Source: Geminicoccus sp.
GTDB taxonomy: Bacteria > Pseudomonadota > Alphaproteobacteria > Geminicoccales > Geminicoccaceae
DNA length: 64,000 bases
Direction of reading: 5' to 3'
NCBI RefSeq assembly: GCF_036263595.1
Contig: NZ_DATAGQ010000110.1
Coordinates: 220 to 64,219 of the forward strand
The translations under genes and the position numbers were made by a program. Shown one piece after another: positions 10,280-19,779 of the stretch; the stretch's first letter is position 1; every line of letters starts with the position of its first letter. The notes below the pieces were generated by a model. The model was given only the letters and a program-made list of their open reading frames with translations, did not search any database and had not been told where the DNA came from.

Positions 10280-11002
10280 TCAACCGGAAGGCTGCAGCAG
10301 GCCGACCAGGCGCTCGCGCGCCGGCGGGACCGGGCGGTCGACCGCCTCGAACAGACGCTGCTCCAGGAAGTGGCCGGCCAGGCGCAGACCATCCAGCACC
10401 TGGGCACGGTCGGGATGGCTGCCGTCCAGTAGGAAGCGCGGCAGCTTGAGGAGCCGGGGTGCCCAGTCCGCCGCCGCCTCGTACGAGACTGCGCTGCCGG
10501 TTCGCGGGGAGACGTAGTCCAGATCCTCCGTGACACCGGTCACGGCGCAGCGGTCGAGCGACAGGCCGAACCCGGTCTCCGCCAGCAGGACCAGCTCGAA
10601 CCGGACATAGTGGCCAAGCCAGGCATCGTCATCGCAGAGTGCATCGGCGAGCTGGACGGTTGCGGCATAGAGGCCCGGATGCGGATCGCGCTCGGCCGTG
10701 CCCTGGTCGAGCAGCGCCATGGCCGAGGAAAGGCCGGCCAGCGCCAAGGGTGTGTCCAGCACGTCGGCAGCGTGGGTGCGGATCGCCTCGCCCTTCAGGT
10801 TGCCGAGCTGCTCGGCCATTCTGGCATGCCAATGGAGATCCAGCCGGTTGCCGGGCTGCCACAGATGGGCATTCGCCCGGGCGCCGCCACCCTGGACGAG
10901 ACCGGCATGACGCCCGTGCTGGAAGGTGAAGGCGTGCACGACGAGGCCAGCCTCGCCATGGCGCCGCCTCGTCAGCACGAAGCCTTCGTCCTGCCATTCC
11001 AA
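10280..11002 (-). CDS. recO: DNA repair protein RecO
   Basis: 240 aa beginning MEWQDEGFVLTRRRHGE (OB fold start typical of RecO). Its position directly downstream of era is conserved. Confidence 0.88.
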   Translation of the reverse strand: MEWQDEGFVLTRRRHGEAGLVVHAFTFQHGRHAGLVQGGGARANAHLWQPGNRLDLHWHARMAEQLGNLKGEAIRTHAADVLDTPLALAGLSSAMALLDQGTAERDPHPGLYAATVQLADALCDDDAWLGHYVRFELVLLAETGFGLSLDRCAVTGVTEDLDYVSPRTGSAVSYEAAADWAPRLLKLPRFLLDGSHPDRAQVLDGLRLAGHFLEQRLFEAVDRPVPPARERLVGLLQPSG

Positions 11003-11006
11003 GGGA

Positions 11007-11924
11007 TCATCCCCGGCTGTCGAGCCCCATCTCCCGATAGCGCTCGGGATCGTCAGTCCATTCGCGGACCTTCACGAACAGGAACAGGTGGACACGGGCA
11101 TCCAGCAGCTTTTCCAGGTCCTGGCGCGCTGCCTGGCCGATCGCCTTGATCCGGGTGCCGCCCTTGCCCAGCACGATCGCCTTCTGGCTGTCGCGCAGCA
11201 CGTAGACCACCTGGTCGATACGGACTTCCTTGCCGTCCTCGCTTTCCAGGTACTGCTCGGTCTCGACCGTGATGCTGTAGGGCAGTTCGTCCTGCAGTTG
11301 CAGGAAGACCTTCTCCCGCGTGATCTCGGCGGCCAAAGCCCGGTCCGACAGGTCGGACAACTGGTCTTCCGGGTAGAGCCACACACCTTCCGGCAAAGCC
11401 TTGGCCACGGCCGCCAGCAGGTCGGCGCAACCGTCGCCCTTGAGCGCCGAGACGATGAAGGTCTCCTCGAACGGCACGACCTTGTTGGCTTCCGCGATCA
11501 GCGGCAGCGCCTTGTCCCGGCGCACCGCGTCGATCTTGTTGATCACCAGCCAGGCACGTCGCTGCCGGCCGGCCAGGCCCTCGAGCACCGCCCGCGCCTG
11601 GGCGTTCAGACCCTTGTCGGCATCCAGCACGAACAGGACGAGATCGGCATCGTCCACCCCGTCCCAGGCCGCCTGCACCATGGCGCGCTCCAGGGCACGC
11701 TTGGCCCCGGCGAAGATGCCTGGCGTGTCAACGAACAGGACCTGGGACTCGTCGACGGTCGTGATCCCGATCACCCGCCGCCTGGTCGTCTGCGCCTTCG
11801 GCGTGACGATCGAGACCTTGTGGCCGACCAGATGGTTCAGGAGCGTGGACTTGCCGGCGTTCGGTGCACCGGCGAGCGCCACGAAGCCGCAGCGGGTGGC
11901 CGATTCGGTGCTTGGATCGGTCAT
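11007..11924 (-). CDS. era: GTPase Era
   Basis: G1 GAPNAGKSTLLN, G3 DTPG, G4 NKID and a C-terminal KH domain; 305 aa. Confidence 0.95.
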   Translation of the reverse strand: MTDPSTESATRCGFVALAGAPNAGKSTLLNHLVGHKVSIVTPKAQTTRRRVIGITTVDESQVLFVDTPGIFAGAKRALERAMVQAAWDGVDDADLVLFVLDADKGLNAQARAVLEGLAGRQRRAWLVINKIDAVRRDKALPLIAEANKVVPFEETFIVSALKGDGCADLLAAVAKALPEGVWLYPEDQLSDLSDRALAAEITREKVFLQLQDELPYSITVETEQYLESEDGKEVRIDQVVYVLRDSQKAIVLGKGGTRIKAIGQAARQDLEKLLDARVHLFLFVKVREWTDDPERYREMGLDSRG

Positions 11925-12631
11925 GATTGGGTACCGGCGAGTTGGTCGAGCATGAGCCGTGCCGCGGCCTGTTCGGCCGCCCGCTTGGAATGGCCGGACG
12001 CGGCGACGGCCGCCCTGTCCGTGACGCTGACGCTCACCACGAAGGTGGGAGCATGCGGCGGGCCTTCAGTGGAGATCACCGTATAGATCGGCCGATCCGC
12101 GGCCCTGGCCTGCGCCCATTCCTGCAGCGCGGTCTTCGGGTCGCGGCTGGGCAGGCCGGCGCTGGCCACGAGTGGCTGCCAGTGCCGCCGGACGAAGGCT
12201 TCGGCCGGGGACCAGCCGCCATCCAGGTAGATGGCGCCGATCAGTGCCTCCACCGTGTCGGCCAGGATCGCCGGGTTGTCCCGGCCACCACCGTCCTCCT
12301 CGCTCTTGGCGACCACCAGCCAGCGGCCCACGCCCAGCTTCTGCGCAATCGTGGCGAGCGTCTCGCGCCGCACCAGTCCGTCCTGGCGCAGGGCCAGCGT
12401 GCCCTCGGAATCGTTGCGGAAATGCTCGATCAGCATGTGCGCCGCGACCAGGCCCAGGACCCGGTCGCCCAGGAACTCCAGCCGCTCGTTCGAGCGGCGC
12501 TCGCGCCGACGGCCGGTCGGCCGGCGGACGGCGCTCGCATGGGTGAGGGCCTCGTGCAGGAGCTGGCGGTCGCGGAACCGGTGGCCGAGGATGGCTTCGA
12601 TGTCGTCCGGCGCCGGCTCCACGACCGGCAT
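11921..12631 (-). CDS. rnc: ribonuclease III
   Basis: ERLEFLGDRVLGL RNase III signature and a C-terminal dsRBD. The start was placed at ATG 12631 to avoid overlapping lepB. The stop overlaps the era start. Confidence 0.9.
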   Translation of the reverse strand: MPVVEPAPDDIEAILGHRFRDRQLLHEALTHASAVRRPTGRRRERRSNERLEFLGDRVLGLVAAHMLIEHFRNDSEGTLALRQDGLVRRETLATIAQKLGVGRWLVVAKSEEDGGGRDNPAILADTVEALIGAIYLDGGWSPAEAFVRRHWQPLVASAGLPSRDPKTALQEWAQARAADRPIYTVISTEGPPHAPTFVVSVSVTDRAAVAASGHSKRAAEQAAARLMLDQLAGTQS

Positions 12632-12651
12632 CGCGGGCGCAATGTCGTCGG

Positions 12652-13392
12652 TCAACGGATCGTACTGAACAACCGATCGAACCGGGTCGAGAACGGCCAT
12701 GCCCAAGGCTCCAGGATGCCGGCGGAACCGTCGGTGGAGAAGAACAGGATCTCGGCCCGGCCGACCAGGTTTTCGACGGGGACGTAGCCGAGGCTGGGAT
12801 CCCGGCTGTCCTGCGAGTTGTCGCGGTTGTCGCCCATCATGAACACATGGTCCGGCGGGACCTCGAATTCACGGGTGTCGTCCATGGGCCCGTCGGGATA
12901 GCGGTCGAGGATCTCGTGCACCCGCCCGCCCGGCAGGGTTTCCCGGAACATCGGCACGCTGCCTTCGTTCAGGTCATTGAACGTCCCGGCCGGATCCTGT
13001 GGCACTTCCTCGCCGTTGATGTAGAGCCGGCCGCTGCGCATCTGGATGCGGTCACCCGGCAGCCCGATCACCCGCTTGATGTAGTCGACGTTCTCGCCAG
13101 GGCGCTTGAACACGGCCACGTCGCCGCGCTCGGGCAGGCTGCCGAACACCCGGCCCTGGATCGGGACGATGCCCCACGGGAACGACCAGCGGCTGTAGCC
13201 GTAGGCGTACTTGCTGACGAACAGATAGTCGCCGACCAGCAGCGTCGGCTTCATCGAGCCCGACGGAATGTTGAACGGCTCGAACAGGAAGGTGCGCACG
13301 ACCACGGCGATCAGGATCGCGTAGACGAGCGTCTTGACGGTTTCCACCGCCGAGGAGGACTTGCGCTTATCCAGCGCGACGTGATCGGGCAT
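12652..13392 (-). CDS. lepB: signal peptidase I
   Basis: An N-terminal TM segment, SGSMKPTL (catalytic Ser box) and a GDNRDNSQDSR box. Start placed at ATG 13392. Confidence 0.9.
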   Translation of the reverse strand: MPDHVALDKRKSSSAVETVKTLVYAILIAVVVRTFLFEPFNIPSGSMKPTLLVGDYLFVSKYAYGYSRWSFPWGIVPIQGRVFGSLPERGDVAVFKRPGENVDYIKRVIGLPGDRIQMRSGRLYINGEEVPQDPAGTFNDLNEGSVPMFRETLPGGRVHEILDRYPDGPMDDTREFEVPPDHVFMMGDNRDNSQDSRDPSLGYVPVENLVGRAEILFFSTDGSAGILEPWAWPFSTRFDRLFSTIR

Positions 13393-13550
13393 CAGTGGAT
13401 CGGGCTCGGGCCATGGAAGGAAGTGACAAGGTCGAGGATCCGGCCGTCCCAGCCGACAAACCACACCCTATCGAAACGTTGGTCTGGAAGACCTGACGCG
13501 CCTTCATAAAGCAAGGACTTTTGCCATGCCCGACGATCAACTTCCAGCGC

Positions 13551-13952
13551 TCAGGCGGCAGGCTCGGCGGAAATGAGCGCAATGGCCTGTGCCAGCGGCG
13601 GCTCGTCGGTCAGGGTGAGTTCCACATGGGGACGCATGCCGGGCGGCGTCATCTCGGCCAGGCGCTCGGCCGCACGGCCGGTCAGGCGCACCACCGGCTT
13701 GCCGCCGGGCAGGTTCTCCACCCCGATCTCCCGCCAGGACACGCCGCGCGCCAGGCCCGTCCCCAGTGCCTTGGCGACCGCCTCCTTGGCGGCATAGCGC
13801 TTGGCATAGGTCTCCGCGCGCCGCAGCCGCCGGTCCGCCTTGTTCCGCTCGGTCTCGGTGAAGCAGCGCTGGGTGAACCGGTCGCCGAAGCGGGCCAGCG
13901 TCTTCTCGATCCGCCGGATGTCGATCAGGTCGGTACCCATGCCCAGGATCAT
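13551..13952 (-). CDS. acpS: holo-[acyl-carrier-protein] synthase
   Basis: [16 protein letters not shown] start and the KEAVAKALG motif; 133 aa. ATG 13952 overlaps the pdxJ stop by 4 nt. Confidence 0.9.
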   Translation of the reverse strand: MILGMGTDLIDIRRIEKTLARFGDRFTQRCFTETERNKADRRLRRAETYAKRYAAKEAVAKALGTGLARGVSWREIGVENLPGGKPVVRLTGRAAERLAEMTPPGMRPHVELTLTDEPPLAQAIALISAEPAA

Positions 13953-14689
13953 AGGGTCAGCCCGCGCGCCTCGTCCATCAGCCGGCGCATCTCGCCGATC
14001 GAGGCGTGCCAGCCACGGAACAACGCCTCGCCGACCAGGAAGTGGCCGATGTTCAGCTCGACCATCGCCGGCAGCCGCGCGATCGGCGCTACGGTCGCGT
14101 AGTCGAGCCCATGGCCGGCATGGCATTCCAGGCCGAGCTCGATCGTCAGCCTGGCCGCCGCCTCGATCCGCTCCAGCTCGCGCTGCCGCTCCGCTCCTTC
14201 CGCCTCGCAATAGGTGCCGGTATGCAGCTCGACGATGTCCGCGCCGACCTTGGAGGCAGCGAGGAGCTGCCTGGGATCGGGATCGACGAACAGCGACACG
14301 CGAATACCGGCATCCTTCAGCTTCGCGACGAACGGCGTCATCCGCTCTTCCTGCCCGGCTACCGCCAGCCCGTGCTCGGTCGTCCGCTCCTCGCGGCGCT
14401 CCGGCACCAGGCAGGCCGCATGCGGCAGGACGCGCAGCGCGATCCCCAGCATCTCCTCGGTGACGCCCATCTCCAGGTTCAGCGGCAGGTCGATCTCGCT
14501 CTTGAGCCGGTCGACATCGTGGTCGCGGATATGGCGACGGTCCTCGCGCAGATGGGCCGTGATCCCGTCGCCGCCGGCGTCGCGGATCATCGCGGCGGCG
14601 CGCAGCGGGTCCGGATGGGCGCCACCTCGCGCATTCCTGACCGTCGCCACGTGATCGACGTTCACCCCGAGCCGCAACCGCCGCGCCAT
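13949..14689 (-). CDS. pdxJ: pyridoxine 5'-phosphate synthase
   Basis: [28 protein letters not shown] and ELHTG motifs. Start placed at ATG 14689. Confidence 0.9.
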   Translation of the reverse strand: MARRLRLGVNVDHVATVRNARGGAHPDPLRAAAMIRDAGGDGITAHLREDRRHIRDHDVDRLKSEIDLPLNLEMGVTEEMLGIALRVLPHAACLVPERREERTTEHGLAVAGQEERMTPFVAKLKDAGIRVSLFVDPDPRQLLAASKVGADIVELHTGTYCEAEGAERQRELERIEAAARLTIELGLECHAGHGLDYATVAPIARLPAMVELNIGHFLVGEALFRGWHASIGEMRRLMDEARGLTL

Positions 14690-14762
14690 GATCCGCTCCA
14701 CCGCTTCATCGCGGCGTCGGTTTAGTCCCTGGCGGCGCCATCGGCGAGCATCTTTGCCGCCG

Positions 14763-15578
14763 TCAGCCGGGATAGTCCGGATCAGCGTTGAACGGATACG
14801 GACCCTCGGCCAGGTCGACATAGACGGTGTGGCTGACCAGACCGCTCCCGTCGATCCAGTGATGCAGCTGGAAGGCGGGCGGCTCCATCACGAAGCCCGC
14901 GGCCGATCCCGGCCGAAGATCGAGATCGACCTGATGGACCACCGATGGGGCGATGCTGGCGATGGTGCCGGCAAACCGCATGGTCATCGGACGGTGATGG
15001 TGGCCGCAGACCACGCGCTCGACCTGGGGGTGGCGGGCCACCACCGCGGCCAGCCGCTCGGGATGGCGCAGCCCGATCTCGTCCATGTGGCCGATGCCGG
15101 ACGTGAAGGGCGGGTGATGCATCGCCAGGATCGTGGGCTTGCCCGGCTGCTCGGCCAGGCGCGCCTCCAGCCAGCCGAGGCTGGCAGCGTCCAGCTCGCC
15201 ATGGCCGTGGCCCGGCACCACCGTGTCGAGCATGACGATCCGCACCGGAAAGTCCTCGACCACATGATGCAGCAGGGAACCGTCCAGCCGGCCCAGATGG
15301 CGCGGCAGGATCGCTTGCAGGTTTTCGCGCCGATCATGGTTGCCGGGCACCACGAGCACCGGCGGCGCCAGCCTTTCCAGCATCCCGGCCAGGAGGCGGT
15401 ACTCCTCCTCGCGGCCGCAATCCGTGAGGTCGCCGGTGACGATGATCACGTCCGGCTGGGGCTGGAGCGAGGCGACGCGGTCAATGGCACGGGCGACCAT
15501 GGAATTGGTCGCAACCCGCCCGTAGGCCAGCCGGCCGTTCGGGACCACGTGGAGATCGGTGAGCTGGCAGATCAGCAA
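14763..15578 (-). CDS. metallophosphoesterase (CpdA/GpdQ-like phosphodiesterase)
   Basis: Calcineurin-like motifs DLH, GDLTD, GNHD, HHPP and GHHH, in the expected order; 271 aa. Confidence 0.8.
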   Translation of the reverse strand: MLICQLTDLHVVPNGRLAYGRVATNSMVARAIDRVASLQPQPDVIIVTGDLTDCGREEEYRLLAGMLERLAPPVLVVPGNHDRRENLQAILPRHLGRLDGSLLHHVVEDFPVRIVMLDTVVPGHGHGELDAASLGWLEARLAEQPGKPTILAMHHPPFTSGIGHMDEIGLRHPERLAAVVARHPQVERVVCGHHHRPMTMRFAGTIASIAPSVVHQVDLDLRPGSAAGFVMEPPAFQLHHWIDGSGLVSHTVYVDLAEGPYPFNADPDYPG

Positions 15579-15682
15579 GTCGAGGCTCCTGGTGCGCTCA
15601 GGACAGGTCGAAGCGTCGTCCGCTTAGGACCTGGTGCACGACAGGATGGTGACAGCCGGGCCGGGAGAAGACGAGAGCCTGC

Positions 15683-16298
15683 TCAGCTCCGCCGTGGTGC
15701 CGGCCGGCGGAACGCCAGCGCCTCGGCGATCTGCGCCTTGCGCACGATGTCGCTGCCGTCCAGGTCGGCGATCGTGCGGGCCACCCGTACGACCCGGTGC
15801 CAGCTGCGCGCGGTCAGGTGCAGGTGCTTGGCCGCCCGCTCCAGCAGCTGGCGGGCGGTCGGCTCCAATGGCGCGATCTCGTCCAGGATTTCGCCTTGCG
15901 CCTCGGCATTGGTCCGAAGCTCCGGCCGCCCGGCCCTTGCGAACCGCTCCGACTGGATCTCGCGTGCCGCCGCCACCCGGGCCGCCACCGTGGCGCTGTC
16001 GTCGGTGGGTGCGGGCAGCATCAGGTCGGACGGCTGCACCGCCGGCACCTCCACCACCAGGTCGATCCGGTCGAACAGCGGGCCGGAGATCCGGGACATG
16101 TAGTCGTCGGCGCAGCGCGGCGCCTTGGCACACTGCAGCTCGCGCGTGCCCAGATGGCCGCAGCGGCACGGGTTCATCGCCGCGACCAGCTGGAACCTTG
16201 CGGGGTAGGTCGCATGCGCCGCTGCCCGCGGTACGGTGATCTGCCCGGTCTCCAGCGGCTGGCGGAGCGCGTCCAGCACGTTGCGCTGGAACTCCGGC
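15683..16298 (-). pseudogene. comM: comM/yifB (Mg-chelatase-like AAA+ ATPase), 3' fragment
   Basis: Encodes PEFQRNVLDALRQPLETGQITV..NPCRCGH.. through to the C-terminus of YifB/ComM proteins. There is no N-terminal half upstream; the reading frame runs into the insertion end at 16300. Confidence 0.88.
16287..16298. repeat. 12-bp direct repeat, left copy (TGGAACTCCGGC)
   Basis: Identical to 20130-20141. It encodes the PEF residues present in both comM fragments. Confidence 0.85.
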
Positions 16299-16299
16299 C

Positions 16300-16328
16300 T
16301 TAGGTAGCAAATGCACCTATAGCCGAAA
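16300..16328. repeat. left terminal inverted repeat
   Basis: TTAGGTAGCAAATGCACCTATAGCCGAAA compared with the reverse complement of the right end, TTAGGTAGCAAACACACCTCGTGCCGAA. The first 12 positions match, then CACCT and GCCGAA match. Confidence 0.75.
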
Positions 16329-16399
16329 CGCTGGGAGTTCGGCTGTGGGCGTGTCCTGTTGGGCTACACATCGGAAGATTGCCGAGGCATGCTGCGATC

Positions 16400-17203
16400 A
16401 TGCTGCGGCTGATTCTATCACGCGTCGTCCTTTACGGGATTTGGCTCCTCTCCGGCTGCTGGACGGTAGTCAGGATCGTGTTTGACATGATCGGCTACGC
16501 GACGGTGCCTGGAGATATCCCAGTTGCCCAAGACATGGCTGGGCAAATTATCCGCTGGTTCCTTACGGTGCCTTGGTGGGTGCCCGCCATTATGTTTGTG
16601 GCGATGACGGTTGCGGTCATTTGGATCGCAGTCCGCCAAACCTGGATGCTGACTGGCCGTGAGGCTGCCCAGAAACGGGCCGAGGAAAAGGAGCGTAAGC
16701 AAGCTATCGCTGAGTGTGTGTCTGACGAGAATTTTCAGGGCGAACTTGAGGAAGTTAGGCGCAGTGTCTCTGAAAGATTGGGCCTCTTCAGAGAAGAACT
16801 GCGTACGATGCGGGCTGATCTCTCGTCCGGCAAGATAGACCGACCTGCTGCTGGTGCAATAATAAATAGACTCACCGACGATGCAAAAGAGTATGGCGAG
16901 AACCTAATCGAAGGACCATTCGGTGATGCGTTGTTGTTCTCTCCATATGGAGAGGAGAAAGCGAGGCTACTTAGACATTATGAAGTAGGCGATTATCATG
17001 AGGGTTCTACGCACGTTTCATTTTTGGATGCTACGCTCGAAAACACTCTGAACAAGAGGGAAAAGTACGTTAACAAGACACTGGATGAAGCGATAGCCAA
17101 CTATCAGAGAGAGCGCCAGAAGCTGTTGCAAGCATTCTATCTGTCCAGGCGTGATGGAAAGCTACTTGCTCGGCTCCGCAAGCTGACCGGTGGATCAGCT
17201 TAA
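16400..17203 (+). CDS. hypothetical membrane protein with coiled-coil region (passenger gene)
   Basis: ATG 16400 (alternative TTG 16379). It has two or three N-terminal hydrophobic helices (VVLYGIWLLSGCWTVV; WWVPAIMFVAMTVAVIWIAV), then a charged coiled-coil-like stretch and an AT-rich C-terminal domain. No family recognised. Confidence 0.6.
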   Translation: MLRLILSRVVLYGIWLLSGCWTVVRIVFDMIGYATVPGDIPVAQDMAGQIIRWFLTVPWWVPAIMFVAMTVAVIWIAVRQTWMLTGREAAQKRAEEKERKQAIAECVSDENFQGELEEVRRSVSERLGLFREELRTMRADLSSGKIDRPAAGAIINRLTDDAKEYGENLIEGPFGDALLFSPYGEEKARLLRHYEVGDYHEGSTHVSFLDATLENTLNKREKYVNKTLDEAIANYQRERQKLLQAFYLSRRDGKLLARLRKLTGGSA

Positions 17204-17421
17204 TCCAGATCTATCCGTGCTGCCCCCATCGCCTTGAGGCACTGTACGAAGAACACGGCCGAGAACCCACCACGGCTGATCTTGGTCCTCACGTTCTGCG
17301 AGTTCTCCGTTACGCCGATCTCGGCGAGCTTTGCTACTAGTTGGTCGTAGGTCATGTTGCGCCGCTTCATCTCGGCCTTGAGCATGCCCTTGACCAAATC
17401 AAGCCATTCTTGGTCGTGCAT
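17200..17421 (-). CDS. DUF6471-like small protein (probable HTH)
   Basis: 73 aa; MTYDQLVAKLAEIGVTENSQNVRTKISRGGFSAVFFVQCLKAMG matches my memory of DUF6471 proteins. Only the last 73 codons of listed ORF 17200..18174 are used. It converges on the previous gene with a 4-nt overlap. Confidence 0.7.
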   Translation of the reverse strand: MHDQEWLDLVKGMLKAEMKRRNMTYDQLVAKLAEIGVTENSQNVRTKISRGGFSAVFFVQCLKAMGAARIDLD

Positions 17422-17450
17422 CGTTTTGCCTCGGTTGCGTTCACAAACGC

Positions 17451-17525
17451 ATCGTATCCGTAACGAACAGCGTTGACAACGTAGGCTAGTGTAGCCATAT
17501 TCGTAACGGAAGTTACGGATACGAT
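17451..17525 (+). promoter_or_regulatory. promoter/operator region between the DUF6471-like gene and the transposase gene
   Basis: A 14-bp perfect inverted repeat, ATCGTATCCGTAAC (17451-17464) / GTTACGGATACGAT (17512-17525), brackets TTGACA (17473-17478)-N17-CATATT. The spacer holds the palindrome GGCTA-gtg-TAGCC (17484-17496), and a hairpin CGTAAC-ggaa-GTTACG lies at 17502-17517. Confidence 0.45.
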
Positions 17526-18489
17526 GCAGATGGCCCAACACTTCCTCCTCTCCGCCGCAGCCCGCACCCTCTCGCTGGTGCGCGTGGCGCGGATGACCGA
17601 CGAGGAAGCCTATGACGTGTTCCGCAAGCTTCGTTGGCAGGACACCAAGGGCGAGGCCGTCTGCCCGCGCTGCGAGTGCGTGGCGTGCTACGAGTTCAAG
17701 ACGCGCCGCATCTTCAAGTGCAAGGCGTGCCTGCATCAGTTCACCGTCACGTCCTCCACCATCTTCGCCAGCCGCAAGCTGCCGATCCGTACCTACCTGC
17801 TCGCCATTGCGATCAGCGTGAACGCGGTGAAGGGCCTGAGCGCCTTGCAGCTCGGCCGTGACCTGGATGTGCAGTACAAGACGGCCTTCGTCATGGCGCA
17901 CAAGATCCGCGAGAGCATGAGTGCGGACCAGGACCGCTACCGCCCGCAGGGTGAGGTCGAGATCGACGGCTGCTATGTCGGCGGTCACATCCGGCAGGCC
18001 AACAGGAAGGCGGATCGCAAGGACCGCCGTCTGGCCCAGCACCAGACCGGCAAGCGCCGCGTCGTGGTTGTCATGCGCGAACGCAACGGCCGGACGCTGC
18101 CGTTCGTGGTCCGCAGCGAGGAAGAGGCGGTGTCGACCATCGCCCGTCGCGTGCAGGCTGGCTCGACCGTGCATGCCGACGAAGCGGCGTCATGGGACGC
18201 GCTGCATGCTCGCTTTGCCATGAAGCGGATCAACCATCTGGTGGCGTTCTCGGATGAAGGCTCCTGCACCAATCAGGCCGAGAGCTTCTTCAGCCGCCTG
18301 CGCCGCGCCGAGTACGGCCAGCACCACCACATCAGCGGGCCGTACCTGCGCTTCTATGCTGGTGAGGCGGCGTGGAAGGAAGACATGCGCCGGGAGAGCA
18401 ACGGCGTGCAGTTGGAGCGGGCTACGGTCGGTGCGCTGAGCCACGGCAAGAGCCGGAACTGGTGCGGGTACTGGCAGCGATCGGCCTGA
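17524..18489 (+). CDS. IS1595 family transposase
   Basis: 321 aa with an N-terminal zinc ribbon (CPRCECVACYEFKTRRIFKCKACLHQFTVTSSTIF) followed by a DDE domain (EIDGCYVGG ... VHADEAASWD ... NQAESFFSRLRR), typical of IS1595/ISXO2-like transposases. Confidence 0.9.
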   Translation: MQMAQHFLLSAAARTLSLVRVARMTDEEAYDVFRKLRWQDTKGEAVCPRCECVACYEFKTRRIFKCKACLHQFTVTSSTIFASRKLPIRTYLLAIAISVNAVKGLSALQLGRDLDVQYKTAFVMAHKIRESMSADQDRYRPQGEVEIDGCYVGGHIRQANRKADRKDRRLAQHQTGKRRVVVVMRERNGRTLPFVVRSEEEAVSTIARRVQAGSTVHADEAASWDALHARFAMKRINHLVAFSDEGSCTNQAESFFSRLRRAEYGQHHHISGPYLRFYAGEAAWKEDMRRESNGVQLERATVGALSHGKSRNWCGYWQRSA

Positions 18490-18604
18490 TCGTGACGTCT
18501 CAACTCCCGCGAGAATGTCTTAGTTGTCAATATACAGGTTGCCGAGACTCGCCCCCGCGCTTACGTTCCGATCACCTACGCAATCTCAGCGGGAGGAGGC
18601 GGCC

Positions 18605-18892
18605 ATGGTTGATGTAGAAGAACGTGATCTGATCGAACAGCTTGGGGCCAGCCCACGGGAGATTGCTCGACAGATAGAGGAGTACAGGCAAGCGGCTTCT
18701 GTACTCTCGTCGAACCACCCGAGGCTGATCAATACGCACCCAATGCAGTGGATTGCCGTCTATCGCGGCAGAGTTGCCGCAAGCGCCACTGACATGAAAT
18801 CGCTCATGACAAAGCTGAAAGAGGAAGATATACCGGCGTCGGAGGCGATAGTTCGCTTTATCGACACGGAAGAAAGAACATTAATCCTCTAG
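18605..18892 (+). CDS. DUF5678-like small protein
   Basis: ATG 18605 lies 7 nt after GGAGG; 95 aa. QWIAVYRGRVAASATDMKSLMTKL resembles the DUF5678 core as I remember it. The stop abuts or overlaps the next reading frame. Confidence 0.55.
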   Translation: MVDVEERDLIEQLGASPREIARQIEEYRQAASVLSSNHPRLINTHPMQWIAVYRGRVAASATDMKSLMTKLKEEDIPASEAIVRFIDTEERTLIL

Positions 18893-19322
18893 GTACAATA
18901 ACGGGTCGGTTTGGCGACACAACAACCGCACCGTATATTGAGGCTTATGTGACGATCCCGGGCTCAGGGTCCGGGGACCAGTTTCTTTTTTAGTTGATAC
19001 TGGCGCGGATGGCTCTGTGCTAATGCCGGCAGATGCTGCTCGCTTGTCTCTCGACTACAGCAAACTTACTCAAACTGCTATTTCTACTGGCATAGGTGGC
19101 CAAAGCAGTGATTTCGTAGCGCCTGCTATGATCGCGTTCAGCGCGCCAGGAACTCCTCTGTTCCTATATCAAGTATATTTGAGAATCATGAGGAAGACAG
19201 AGCACAACGAAGATATACCTTCTCTCCTCGGCCGTGATATCATCGGCAGGTGGAGGATTGTTTTTGACAAACCACACAATGTCGTAAGTGCGGATGTCAT
19301 AAGTGCTGATGCATCCCTGTAG
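18892..19322 (+). pseudogene. retropepsin-like (clan AA) aspartic protease, frame broken at a T6 run
   Basis: The upstream frame gives GTITGRFGDTTTAPYIEAYVTIPGSGSGDQFLF and stops at 18991. The -1 frame continues LVDTGADGSVLM (the D-T-G-A active site) and SLLGRDIIGRW (the G-R-D motif). One extra T in 18986-18991 joins the two as ..QFLFLVDTGAD... There is no canonical start codon in the first frame. Confidence 0.6.
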
Positions 19323-19779
19323 GCCCGTCCTGAAGAACTAGCCGATAACCCCGGTACAGGTTGCCGGTATTTAACGCCTCCACCGTCCCATTGTCTCTCA
19401 TCTTGCCCAAGCAAGCGCCGATGCGCTTGCGAATCGTGGCGAAGGTAGCGTCATCCGTCCGTAGCTTGCGCGCCTCAAGCCACTGCTCCGTAAGCTCTCG
19501 CGTCGTTACCAGATCGCCCGACCTCAGCCGCTCCAGCACGAACCGCGTCACATGCCCTCGCTTCGCCCTGTGCTTGGTCGCATAGCGCTTGATGGCCGCT
19601 GGCGTGGTCTCTGGATCGAATAGGCGCACCGTAGCGTCTAGATGGTCGATATCGCACGTCACCTTGCGGAGATCGGCCTCAAGCTGCTTGCGGACGTTCA
19701 CAAGCTGCTCACGCTTCTGGAGCAGGCCCGCAATCGTGTTCGGTCGTTCGCCCTTGGGCAGTTCGGCAAGGTCGCTCAT
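19297..19779 (-). CDS. hypothetical protein with coiled-coil N-terminus and wHTH-like C-terminal domain
   Basis: The ATG at 19779 overlaps the stop of the upstream gene (ATGA); 160 aa. HVTRFVLERLRSGDLVTTRELTEQWL...GYRL parallels the neighbouring protein. Confidence 0.55.
   Translation of the reverse strand: MSDLAELPKGERPNTIAGLLQKREQLVNVRKQLEADLRKVTCDIDHLDATVRLFDPETTPAAIKRYATKHRAKRGHVTRFVLERLRSGDLVTTRELTEQWLEARKLRTDDATFATIRKRIGACLGKMRDNGTVEALNTGNLYRGYRLVLQDGPTGMHQHL

Noticed and set aside
17440-18560. Inner inverted repeats that would define a compact ~1.1-kb IS1595 copy around the transposase gene alone.
   Set aside because: Only an 8-mer (TTGACAAC, 17473-17480, against its reverse complement at 18524-18531) is shared between the two flanks, and the left copy is better explained as a -35 box. 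The convincing inverted repeats are the outer ones at 16300 and 20124.
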